From Dysidea avara (Eukaryota): DNA of 64,000 nucleotides. Location of the stretch: positions 27,729,151-27,793,150 of the forward strand of contig NC_089281.1 of assembly GCF_963678975.1 (NCBI RefSeq), read 5' to 3'. The translations under genes and the position numbers were made by a program. The first letter of the stretch is position 1, and each line of letters starts with the position of its first letter. The notes beneath the pieces were generated by a model that did no database searches, was not told where the DNA came from, and saw only the letters and a list, made by a program, of their open reading frames with translations. This document shows, in pieces, positions 44,935 through 56,620 of the stretch.

Positions 44935-45700
44935 TCGCTAATTAGAGTATCTCGATCTCGCATCTGCTACACGTAGTTGCCTTTCAAATCATAACTCAGT
45001 GGTTTATAATCCGATTCTTCTGTACTACTGCAAGGACTTTCTATGATGATTATTCCAGCTACACACTGATTTTCAGCATATTGCTCTAAGCGGTTTGCCT
45101 GATAGACACAAAAACTAATAGTATTTTTATTCATAAAAATCGATCGCGTAATTTTGACACAGGTCGGGTTTTGTGTCATATCTCCATGGTCTTTATCCCG
45201 ATTCCTTTCAAACCACAAAAAGGCACTCCTACGATGGTTGCTCCATCTACATAGCAATTTTCAACTGATTCCTCAAAGGAGTTTATCCTGTAGGCGTGAC
45301 AGACCTTCGACCTTATTTTACGCAAATAATCGGTCATAACTCCGTGAATGTTCATCGGATTCCTACCACAGTTGGTACAGAGATCCGCCTTAATGAGCCC
45401 ATTAAGTGTGCCAAATTTCAGCCCGATCCGAGCACGCATTCGTGTTTTACGGCGGATTTTGCGAAGTGTGCGAAATGAAGAAAAAGAAGAATAAGAAGAA
45501 AAAAAACGAAGAAAGTAAAACGAAATTTTGTTTGCTCGTATCTCGGAAATGGCTGGAGCGATTTTCTTCATATTTGGTGTGTAGACTCCCCTTGCTGGCC
45601 GGCACCTCTCTAGCAAAGTTTGTTCCAATCGGATAAGGGATCACAGAGCTACATAGGTGTGAAAATTGCATTTTTTTTCTTCCTGTTAATATACTCACGG
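44935..45700 (+). repeat. Uninterrupted paralog of the roughly 520-bp repeat unit (segments A plus B contiguous), the empty site for the retrotransposon insertion, plus about 250 bp of extra 3' sequence. Carries ORF 45176-45628 (minus)
   Basis: Segments A and B join contiguously at 45200, where copy 1 carries the 3.7-kb insertion. The minus-strand ORF is conserved between copies (…IGLKFGTL.GLIKADL.TN.GRNPMNIHGVMTDY.RKIR.KVCHAYR.N…). Its identity is unknown. Confidence 0.65.
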
Positions 45701-45789
45701 GTGGCACGCCGGCTTCTTCGGCCGCACGGGTAGTGTGTCTTGATACGTTTGTAAGAAATGGTTATCATCACTAGCTTATCTGAAGAAAT

Positions 45790-46660
45790 CAATTCTCATG
45801 CCTGGTAGAATCATATAGCTATATATTAGGGATCATGGAAGTTTGGGTTTTTCTGGCCAAAAAAAATCACCAAAAACCAGCTTCACAATACCCTCCCAAT
45901 GCCTTGGCAGTATTGCCTTCAGTATGACCCTAAATGCTTCCAATAGATTGCTATAATTTTTTTTATTCAATGAATTTCTAATGACTGACTAACTGCCTGC
46001 CTAACTGCCTGCTTGCCTGCTTGCCTGATGCCTTCAGACAAGGATAACTCAATAACAGATAAGGCTACGGGCTTGATTTTTTCACTGATCGACGTCACTT
46101 CAGCCCAACAGGCATACTGCAGTAAGTATAATGCATGCATCATCATGGACTTACCTTCATCCTCCTTTGTGTCCCATTTCTTTTTGCTGACAGCCCAAGG
46201 TGTTGATTCACGGTAGATTGATGGCTTCCCTACATTTGTAAACAGGAATATCGTCCATATTTTCCATGGTGACTGGATTGGTTGCAGAGACACTTATCCT
46301 ACTGTTCTTCATTTGTAACGCTGTGAAATGGGCTGAACATATAGCTGAAAGCGAAACATAATGGCCACTTCACTTTCGAGCCAGTAATTGATGGTTGCGG
46401 CAAGTGTTCAGTCGAAAACATTACCTCTGGCGCCATCCTAAGCTTTCATTTGATGCAGTATGTGTGGGCTCACCAGTCATAATAATGTTGCAAAAAAGTA
46501 AACAAACAAGTATAAAGAAAAATTAAGAATTTAAGTTCGATCAGGGATCATAGAAAAAAGTAGGGAAACAAGGTAGGTCGCCTACACCTGCAGATATACT
46601 AGTGGACATTTAATCTCTGATTCAGTCTATAATTGTTTCCTTATACTTGTATGCATACTC
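45790..46660. repeat. Composite dispersed repeat family, copy 5 (with a foldback at 46540-46660)
   Basis: Shares the ccatggtgactggattggttgcag, gctgaacatatagctgaaagcgaaac and gctcaccagtcataataatgttgcaaaaaag modules and the cctaactgcctgc tail. Confidence 0.5.
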
Positions 46661-48707
46661 ATAGTTGAGCTCAGTAAGTTATGTGAGTAATCACCCTGCC
46701 ACCTGTGAGCAACTGCTCTTCTATACATGAACTCATGAGTATACATGTGGGCTACACTGTATCCTTAAAAAATACATACCTCAACAGATGGATTCTTAGC
46801 AGTCACATTGTATGTGATGCTCTCATCAAACTTTGCTCGTACCTAAACCACAATAAGTTTGCAGTAAAGTGATACTTGGTAATAGGGGTTGCACAGTGGT
46901 ACATGTGGAGATTATACATCAAGTAAATGACACAAATTATCAGTGTACAAAATACTGATAATATTTCCACAGAGTACAGACCATTTTCACACGAGGACTA
47001 TGTGGTGGTTACTAATTGGGATTATGCGACATCCGGTGTCCTTTAAAATGTATTGAGGGTGAGGTAGGAAACCTCGCATGTAGATGGTTCCACCTATTTT
47101 AATTACTATGGCTACAGCAAACACAAGTACCCCTTGCTATTATATCATGTGGAGTACATGAGCTTGGCTTACCTGTTATAATTCATGCTGCTATAATAAC
47201 AATGCACCTATCAATGTTTTTCCCCACTACTGTGAACACAGGCAGAGGTGGGGGAATCGACTGCTAACCTTGCCTCAGGTAGTGGGTACATATATTAGTC
47301 TTTTCTTTGAAGCACTGAGATTTCATGCATCATAGATATTAGAGGGGGTTTATAATATCTATGCATGCATTAAATTCCCTCTTCTGCTTTATTCCAGTGA
47401 GGCAAGGCCCACGTGCTGTCTACCAGATCATGTGCAATCAAGGCATTAACAATATTGCTCCAAACCAAGCATGAAGCTGAAAGGACTGAAAAGCGCTGTA
47501 GTGTCACTTGGTAGCTACACCTCTGGCATCAGAACAAGAGTTGTGGCCTAACTATCACCTACTATTCCCATGGTCTTTCACTGGGGGATAAGTGGGGATT
47601 CAGTATGGAAAATTTCCCCAGGTAGTGGGGATTAGAACTTTTATATGTTCAAATCCCCATCTATCTGCCTGTGTTCATAGTAGTGGGGCAAGACATTGAT
47701 AAGTACATAATAATAATAGCACTGAAACTTAGGGAATAGCTACTACGGTGGCATTATTACTTTAAGGAGTGACCACCTAGTTAAGATTCCATCTTGTCAC
47801 ATGTACAATTGCCCCATACACAGAGTATGAGCATAATAATCAGGAGACAAATTGTACAACACATACCACAGGATAAACATCAATCATTCCTTTCTCAAAA
47901 CAGCCATGATTAAGTATGGTAAGAATGGCGGTACACAAAACATCCCACTGTTCCTGTGAGCATAGAAAACTCTTGATACAATCAGCCAAGTCCTGAAACA
48001 ACAATAGTAACAGTCTATTGAATCTATTTAACAAGGTCACCAATAGTGCACTGGCAATTTTAGCAGAAATCTTGATTTGCTCATCACAAGATATTCTTTC
48101 ATCTGAATCACCAGTGATTTCAGTGGATGTTTTAAAAGGCTGAAAATATTCATCGTAGAAGACCTAAACATACAATATTCATGACAATAGTTTATATAAG
48201 TCAGATCACACCGTCAGCATGGGCAAAATTCCTTCCATTAGGTAAATAAGAAGACCTGGCGCTAATTGACCCTCTCTATTTGTTACAAAAGGAACATTTG
48301 TTACTGCAGACGTGGCACCAACTCTCTTCCTGGATCCTGATCGGTCATCTCCTCTACATTTGAATTTTACAGATCGAGCATTGAGACTTGACCTAGCTAA
48401 TGCTGCTTCACTGGCAGGCAAGCCTTTTAAGGCGCTGACAATTCCATCTAACAGTATCCTGATGTGCTCCAAATAGGTCCAAACTTGCCTACAACACATA
48501 CAAGTAGATACAGATTGTAAAATTATCATATATACCTATCATGAAATAGTATAATAGAACCAGTTTGTATCTTATCACCTCCAGTATTCATGTATACCCA
48601 CAGCAAAAAGCGTAAAAATGGTTTCTTTCGACGTGGACTAACGTCATGTAGGCCAAGAATCTGTACAAAAAGCACTTATAAAACATACAACATCAATCAT
48701 TGAATAC

Positions 48708-48858
48708 TTTAAGTAATTCATTGATGCTAATTATATTTTGACATATGGACTCTATGAACAGATTCTCTCCTTCAGAGCAAGAAGCAAGAAGGTCAATAAG
48801 TTTTAACAACATCTGCAAATCTGGTTCACCATCTTCTGCATGAAGTAGCAAATGCTCC
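48708..48858 (-). CDS. ITPR: IP3R-like exon (EHLLLHAEDGEPDLQMLLKLIDLLASCSEGENLFIESICQNIISINELLK)
   Basis: Matches IP3R [51 protein letters not shown]. Acceptor ctgttttgaatag|G, donor AAA|gtattc. Confidence 0.6.
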
Positions 48859-48970
48859 CTATTCAAAACAGTAATATGATTACACACCTTGATACACAAC
48901 AAAAAGGCTTGATTTTGTATAATAACTTTGGACAATAACCCAGTGACATTTGCACTGCATTTTCAGTCAC

Positions 48971-49092
48971 CTTCTTTTAACTTTATCTTCTTCTAAACCA
49001 AGCAAATCATTGCAAAACTTATCTCTCATTTTACTGAAGTACTTTATTATGTAAGCTTGATTACGTTTCAGAGGAAGGTCCAAATGTTCAAC
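48971..49092 (-). CDS. ITPR: IP3R-like exon (VEHLDLPLKRNQAYIIKYFSKMRDKFCNDLLGLEEDKVKR)
   Basis: Acceptor cttttggcag|G after a 54-nt intron. Donor AG|gtgact. The open frame is consistent in phase with both neighbours. Confidence 0.45.
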
Positions 49093-49146
49093 CTGCCAAA
49101 AGCTTTATGTACATGTGCACATATATAAATTATTCATTATATGTAC

Positions 49147-49278
49147 CTTGACAGCTGCTTGTAGCATTCTCAACAATTCAGTCCGACCTATTTCACCACC
49201 ATATGCTATCAAATTAAACACTCGCTCTACTTGTTGCTCTTTCAATTTAAGACATAATTCCTGTCCACCAGTGAAAAT
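49147..49278 (-). CDS. ITPR: IP3R-like exon (IFTGGQELCLKLKEQQVERVFNLIAYGGEIGRTELLRMLQAAVK)
   Basis: Matches IP3R [42 protein letters not shown]. Acceptor ttgtcaatatag|ATT, donor AAG|gtacat. Confidence 0.6.
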
Positions 49279-50159
49279 CTATATTGACAAAGTAAGCAAT
49301 TGATCAACTCTGTGTTTATGTATGTAGTTACTGACCTCAATAAGCACTTCAGCCATATCTGGAATAGCAACATCAAGTTGTAGTAGATCATCCATACGAT
49401 CAAATAATCGTTCTTGAACAGTTAAATTGTTTCTATAATTATAATTATATCCTACATTGTTAGTGTACTCCTCAGTACTTAGCTAGTAGCCTCAAAAACT
49501 GCAAACACATTGACAATATTTCCTCTCTCTGTTTGCTGTTGGAAGAGTCGACCTCAGTTGTAATTTCAATTTTTCCATCACTACTGATCTGTCGAATTGA
49601 TTTATCCCTAAAGATCAAATTCAACACATCTGCAAACACTCCTGTGTAAATGAATTTCTTTAATGTTCAAGACAACAGCAACTACAAACTAGCCTGTATT
49701 ATATAATATTGTCTGGTTCTGTTTATGTGGTTCACTTTCATCTCCTTCCAAATGACATAAGCTTTCAAATAAAATCATGCAGTTATATAAATATGTTCAA
49801 CATGTAAACCATAACATACAAAGTCATTTCTTCTAGGATATTGACCAGCTGTTGGCACTGTGTCTCGTTTACATCAATTACTGCAAGGTGACGAAGTGTA
49901 GGAAGCAGACTGGTTATTTTACAGTATACAGTTTCTGATTCAGGAGTTATCAATAACTGTAATAAAAGCAGCTAAAAATTGCCACCAATATAAAAGTGTA
50001 GTGAAACCCCTCTAAAAGGACACCCCTGAATTGAGGACACCCTATATATAAAGGACATTAGTCTTGGTCCTAAAATGTATTAGAACAGCATTTAAAAACC
50101 CTTGAATAAAGGACACCTTTTTATAATGGACAAATTTCATTTCCCCAATGGTGTCCATC

Positions 50160-50369
50160 TTAGAGGGGCTCTACTGTAATTCTACATGCCTGAGTCTGAA
50201 TAGCTTTCTCAAACAAATTTTCCTCAGCAGAATAAAATCTTCCCAACAAATGAAGAGATTCATGCAGTAATTCATCATCATTATATAGGGACAAGTCCTG
50301 TTTGGAGAAATCATTATGAAATGAGAACATCTGTACCAAAACAGCCAAACTGTAAAATTGGTGCAGCAA
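50160..50369 (-). CDS. ITPR: IP3R-like exon, approximate boundaries (…SLAVLVQMFSFHNDFSKQDLSLYNDDELLHESLHLLGRFYSAEENLFEKA…)
   Basis: Resembles IP3R [46 protein letters not shown]. Splice sites not resolved. Confidence 0.4.
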   Translation of the reverse strand: MLHQFYSLAVLVQMFSFHNDFSKQDLSLYNDDELLHESLHLLGRFYSAEENLFEKAIQTQACRITVEPL

Positions 50370-50760
50370 TCAAAAGAGTCAGGTTTAAAAAGTAGTGAAA
50401 TCAGTAGACCTGACATACACTGAGGGGCATAAATGTTGTTGTATGGCTGTAGTACAAAGCAAAATTTCAGGGGGTCTGGGAGGATTTTTGCAATTTATAG
50501 GCTTCAAAATGGCTTTAAATTGATGCAAAAAACATAAAATTATAAATCTGACAATGCCGATCTATACTTCCCCATGTTTTTTCAAAACTAGCTCTCCTTA
50601 GAATTGCTTATGTGTGAAATCAAAGGTGCACGGAGGCCAAGAATGGTTGTAATGATGTTATGACATATAATAATTTGATTTCACAACTTTTTAAGCCTGC
50701 ATGACCTTTTGATTGCTGCACCTTTTTACAGCTTGGCTGTTTTGGCATATATATGTATAT
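50340..50760. mobile_element. MITE family A copy. Overlaps or abuts the preceding exon call, so its boundaries are uncertain
   Basis: Terminus ccaaaacagccaaactgtaaaattggtgcag at about 50345. Internal ggaggccaagaatggttgtaatgatg hairpin. Terminus gcacctttttacagcttggctgttttggc at about 50725-50755. Confidence 0.4.
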
Positions 50761-51820
50761 CACTTCTTTTTGTATTAGCCCTAAAGCTAGCAGCTTTGTG
50801 GCTTGCATATGCCTGTCTTTTTCCAAGAACAACACTGAACATGTTTTGTTTCAGATTGCACGCTTACACATGTTAAGTTTTGTATTAAGTTTACTCAGAT
50901 TTCTTTTAAATCACCAAAAGGTCCTTCTTTGGTGATCAGTCTATCTACTGATTTTCAGCTCATATTCTTCAGTGATTTACTTGGTAGGCAACTAGGCAAG
51001 ACAGCAGATTAATTTGTGCTCATAGAACTTGATCATATGCTTATTCACATGTTTTGATTTTTGTGCTATAACTCCATGACCATTATCTTGATTCTTCAAA
51101 TTATTAAAAAGCAATGGATACTCCATTTGATTTTTTCAACTCATCCCTTAAAGTGGTGCACTCTGTAGGCTTGACAAAGATTGGTTGATTTTATGCAAAT
51201 AAAAGCTATAACTTCATGAACGTTAGGATTAGCCCAAAAACCATGAATAGTAGTGATGTTTCTACCAGATCCTCTTTATATGTTCAGCATAATTTTATAA
51301 CATATTTTGATATGAAAAAATTTTGAAATTTTGGTTTTCCATATCTTAGTATGGCTGGAATGATCACAGTTTTATTTCAATTTGGTTTGTAGCCTGCCCT
51401 ACCTGGCACTATAAAGGAACACAGTGTGAAAGTTATTGTTCCTGTCTGGTGTGACTTGCTGGCTTCCTTGGCCACATAACACACTACCATACAACTACTG
51501 CTTTGTGTAACAAAACTTACTATCAAAATATCAGGAAATAGTCGTCTATTCTCAACTAGTCCATCACACTTGTATAAACTCAGTGAGAATATCTGCTTCA
51601 GACGATTTACAGCCAGATCCATCAATCTGTATACATAATAATAATGAGGCAATGAAGTTTACACTGCATGATACCTTTCATTGTCATGGACTTTAAGCCT
51701 ATGAGTACGTTTTTGAAAATCTGTAAGCTCAGTTGGAGGTGGTGGAAATTGGTCAGCTCCGCCCTATATGAACACAAGACAGCATGGACTGCTACCAAGT
51801 ACTATCCAGTAAGCACATAC

Positions 51821-52078
51821 ATGAAGCCCTCTTTGAATCAAATCAGTTGTATAGTGTGTCACTTGCGCCATTTGATGCGATACTTGATGTGTAACATTTG
51901 TTACTTGGTGTGTAACACTGGTAACTTGCTGTGTTATCCCACTTGTTAACTGTTGAAGAGGAGCAGAAGTAGAAAGAAATCGTCCAAACCCTCTTGATTC
52001 CTTTTCTGTTGCCACCTGCTCTTTTTCTTCTTCATCTGGTTCTAGTTCAATTTTCTCATTAGGATTGACATCCCCTTT
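51821..52078 (-). CDS. ITPR: IP3R-like exon, approximate 5' boundary (…DVNPNEKIELEPDEEEKEQVATEKESRGFGRFLSTSAPLQQLTSGITQQVTSVTHQVTNVTHQVSHQMAQVTHYTTDLIQRGLH)
   Basis: Matches IP3R [30 protein letters not shown]…[38 protein letters not shown]. Donor CAT|gtatgt. Confidence 0.4.
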
Positions 52079-52315
52079 CAATAGCTTGTAGTCATAGATG
52101 AAATGCTAAGTGAAAGGCAGTAAATTAATTTATATATAAAACATGTTTCTAACCTGCAATCTTATATAGAAACGAAAATTTAAAAATAAGTCCATCACTT
52201 TCAATGCTTTAACTTTCATTTTTAAGATAGCCCGGTTATTGTAATTGTCTTTAAATCTTCCTTCCTTTAATACAATAAAGTATTAGCAGAAACTGAAAGA
52301 AAATAGGAGTCTTAC

Positions 52316-52471
52316 AGATATGAACAGTTTATTTTCATCTGGAGTTGCATTAGGAAACAGCTTGTCATTCATACCATTCAACATTGACAGTAATGGGACT
52401 ATCAGATCATTGATATCTTCAATGGCAGCATAGTATCCATATTTGACCAGCAAGTACAAAAGGTCCAGTAC
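52316..52471 (-). CDS. ITPR: IP3R-like exon (VLDLLYLLVKYGYYAAIEDINDLIVPLLSMLNGMNDKLFPNATPDENKLFIS)
   Basis: Matches IP3R [33 protein letters not shown]. Acceptor ctggatag|GTA, donor TCT|gtaaga. Confidence 0.55.
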
Positions 52472-55400
52472 CTATCCAGTATTAAATGTATCATTAAATA
52501 TAACACTCGACCACCTACTTCTGCATGCAGGTAGTTCACATCAACTGATGATGCAACAACAGACTACAAAAGCAAAATGTTATTACTACTCTTATAAATA
52601 TACACCACAAAGTTCACAACCGTGTTGTTTGTAACATAATGTAGTATCCACTTCTTAAGTTGTGGAAAATGTGGATTTCTCACTCCAGTCAATGCTTTTT
52701 CTGGAACTGCTGCAGCTGATTTGTAAGGATCAGCCACTACTTTCTTGTATATCTACGTAGACAATTACTAAGCAAGCATACTATATGTAAACATCAACCT
52801 ACAAAAGACAATGGAAGATTATCTAGAAGTGCTCTGTTCTTTCCAACATCAACATACAACACTGATGCAGTATAATTGGGTGAAAACTATTACAAACTTC
52901 CAGCAATACATACCAACTATTAGCTCTACATATTTGGAGCGAAGGGATGGGTGGAGCTTATCATCTTGGGCACCAGTAATTGCTTCATCAAAAGTCAAAT
53001 ATTTCAGCTCCTATACACATAATAGGCACTAACATCTCCTTACACAAATGATATCTATGACTGACAGTGTGTAAATACATTTAAACACATTTTTGCATAT
53101 AGTGCAATTGTATATTGATGATGTTTACCATCTGGTATCCTTCGTACCTTTTTGGGCACTATAATATTTATAATGTAGCTACATGAATGGTATTGTTAGC
53201 ACAGTAAAATCCATCTCTTTGCAGCTGACATTATACTATAAATTATGTTAGCGATTAATACTCAACAACTCCAAGAAGACCTACAATCTTTGTGATCACA
53301 CGGATGCTTAAATATAGCATACCCAAATTATCTTAAAAGTCACTAGAACCATCAAGCACAAGATCACGTTTGTTGCATGACACCCCATTAGAAATAGTAG
53401 TGAAATGCAAGTACCTGGGTGTTACTATACAATCTGTGGTCAAAATACACCACAACATCACAGTAAAAGCCAGCCGTATATTGTCTTTTTTTCGCACTAA
53501 ATAACCAACACCTCACTTACTATTCTTTAGTTCATCCATATGCATCTATAATTTGGTCACCATGGGTAAGAAGAGATAAAGAAAAACTAGAGAACATTAA
53601 TTAATTGAAAAGGCTCAAGTGATTCAACAACTTGGGTGGCAACAACTAGAAACTTGTAGACATAAATCTTGTCTAAGTTTCCTTTTCAGAATAATTCATA
53701 ACTTAACATGTAGTGATATCACCTCATGATCATGTACCACCACAGCAGCAGAATCTACCATCACAATAAGATCTCACGTGAATATTATGCCTGTTCCATT
53801 ATCAAGAACTGGTACTCTTTTGGACCAAATGTTTATAGTAACCTATCTAACCACATCAAAGTCACTACCATAGGTAGTTTGATGACTGATTTCCAATTAT
53901 CCAGACTTTTTGTGATATCATGGTTTAGATATATACCGAGGGAAAGTTTTGAAAGTTAGACCTACTGAAGCTGAATTTGAGAGCAATTTAAGCAGTTTAT
54001 CAAATGCTATATATGTGTATGCTAATGCTTGATTGTTGTATTAGGGTGACTCCTATATTGAGGTATCTTGATCAACTTCTAGAAACCTCAGAAACTCCCT
54101 TAGTTGATCATTTGCAAATGAACAACATTGAAGGATGTTAGCCTACAGTATGGATTGTTAGGTGATATGGCAACTTAAGGACATTTTTCATACCTCTGAA
54201 TTGGACTACACAAAATTTTCTTCCCCTCTTATCTCCATAATCTCTTAGTCAAATGAAGTGACCATAAGTTGACTGAATTGTACTGTCATATGTTTGTAGT
54301 GTGAGACACATGAAGGAAGATGATACCTAACAACTTTAAAAGCCAGGTGACAATGGATGCGTTCACAGTTCACACTATTGAGAAACAACAGCATACATGC
54401 TGGCCTTTTGCCCTAAGCTTCAACCTTTAAGTGTTTTAGTTAAAAAGACAGATTAGGAGAAGAGGAATAGTATGCTTAAGTAATCTTTAAACAACTAAGC
54501 GGGCCAAGCATTGTTTGACAAGAGCTTGAACCAGTTGATTTGTCACTACCAACAATGAAGACGTTCCTTTTTAAAGACAGCTTGTAGACATGTTTAGCCA
54601 CATTTTTTAAATCTGCAGTTTACAGTAATTGAGCTTTTCCATTCAAGGGTTTTGGATACCATATATAATGACAATATATTTGGGAATACAAATGGGAAAA
54701 ATCAGGAAATCTGTTTGAAGATTAGGATGAGTGTAGAAGTACTGTGGTGATGTTGTGATGATTCATATAGTAATTGATTAATTGATTCGTTGATTGATTG
54801 ATTGGTTTATGATTTACCCTCTGGAAATCGGCAACTACCATTCTTCCTTGCCAGAGCAGCACACAAAACAGACAAATGCACATAGCTGACTAACAACTAC
54901 AAAACTTACACATGGGATGAGTACAAAAAATGGCAAGCACATGGACACAAATGCAACAACTTAAGACAAATTACAAAGATGATCAAATGAATTACATGAA
55001 ATCATAAAAGAGTGATGGTCATTAATGGCAGCAGTAAAAATTTCATTGTTATAGGTAAACCATTCCACCGTTGTGAGGTTTTGTAAATGTCTTTGTCAAA
55101 CTGAAACTGTTAGATGGTATCTATAGGTAGATTAGGGAATGTTCTACAGTATCATGATGGTGATGTCTACCAAACAGAATAGGTAGATGTAGTGGTATAT
55201 ACTGCAATTCATGAAACTGGCAATGCATCAGGCATAGGGAATGATACTACTGTAAAGACTCCAATGGAAGCCACCAAAGATGCTGGTAGTGTTCTGAGAT
55301 GTGATCATACTTGTATATATTCCTACATAGACGTATTGCCCTATATTCTACATCCTCTTGTGTCTCTGTAAAGTTTGGGTATGTAATGAAGTACTCCACA

Positions 55401-56199
55401 CAAGAAGAGAAAAATTAAGATGCAAGAGGACGAGTGATTCAGTTAAAAGCTTCAGTAATTTTGAGCCACGAATATTCCAATGACATTCTCTTGAAGACTG
55501 GTAAGACATGGTGGTCCCAGGATAAGTTATGATTAAATACTGGGCCAAGACTTGATAACCTTCAATACAACATCATTCACATTAATAGGAGGACAGGACG
55601 GTGACATTTAGATGTCCTGAACCATATGCTGACAATCTCCTTATTCCTAACCCTGACATCTACCACACCAGAGGCCACAGAAAAAGATTTATGTTACCAA
55701 TGACACAGATAAATTTCTCCTTTTTCCCATCCGCTATTAAAATTTGGAATTCCTTACCCCAACACGTGATAGACTTAACAGAGATCGAACAATTCAAGCA
55801 CAGCCTAGTAGCTGGTCTAGAGACTGTTTAATTAAGAATGATTGTAATTGTACTATTGTTTTGTTTTTGTTTTTTTTTTCTTTTTGTGCACTACACTCTT
55901 TTAAGGTCTGCACAATATAACAAATAATAATAATAATTGATGACTTTGAGAAATTCAATTCCATGCATTCTACAATCTATGGCCCGCTGATTAAGGAGTT
56001 TGAGCTGTGAGTTTATAGCACTAGCAGCAGCTCCAGGGGTGGAACAAATATAAGGGTGGTGTCATCAGCATATATATTGGAGTAGAAGGCCTTTGGTAAT
56101 CTGATGAGGAAGACCATTTACATAAAGCAAAGACCAAGAGCACTACCTTGAGGAATATTCATGGATTGCCAAGAATAAAACTGAACTCAACTCTGTGAG

Positions 56200-56620
56200 C
56201 TCTGAAGGGTGATGGAACTTTGCTTTTCAGTAATAATTGATAGTTGGGCATGCAACTGCATGTGTTCAAATTTAAAATTAATTTAATGGCATTGCTGTCT
56301 CTTTAATGTGGTATGCATGGATTCATAGTCAAAACTATAATATGAAAAAGTAAACAAATAAGTAGAAAGAAATTTAGGAATTTTCAGTCCGATTAGGAAT
56401 CATAGCCATAACAAGTAGTGAAACAAGGGAAGTCCTCTACATGCACCTGCAGATATACTAGTGGACATTTAATCCCTAATTCAGTCATGGGTATAGACTG
56501 AAGTAGGGATTAAATGTCCATTAGTATATCTGAAGGTGCAGGCGACCTCCCTTGTTTCACTACTTTTCATGGCTACGATCCCTGAAAATTTCTAATTTTT
56601 CCTTTTACTTGTGTGTATAA
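56200..56620. repeat. Composite dispersed repeat family, copy 6, including a foldback at 56400-56600
   Basis: The foldback arms gtagtgaaacaagggaagtcctctacatgcacctgcagatatactagtggacatttaatccctaattcagtc and gactgaagtagggattaaatgtccattagtatatctgaaggtgcaggcgacctcccttgtttcactac are reverse complements. Confidence 0.55.

Noticed and set aside
44935-44980. Possible 5S rRNA-like sequence (gtatctcgatctcgcatctg recalls GATCTCGTCTGATCTCGGAAG)
   Set aside because: Only a 7-8 nt coincidence (GATCTCG). There are no box A or box C equivalents and the length is wrong.
45406-45707. Lys-rich and Phe-rich ORFs (MKKKKNKKKKNEESK… and …FFFFLFFFFF…)
   Set aside because: They are translations of an A-rich low-complexity stretch, (a)n(g)a(a)n, at about 45470-45520.
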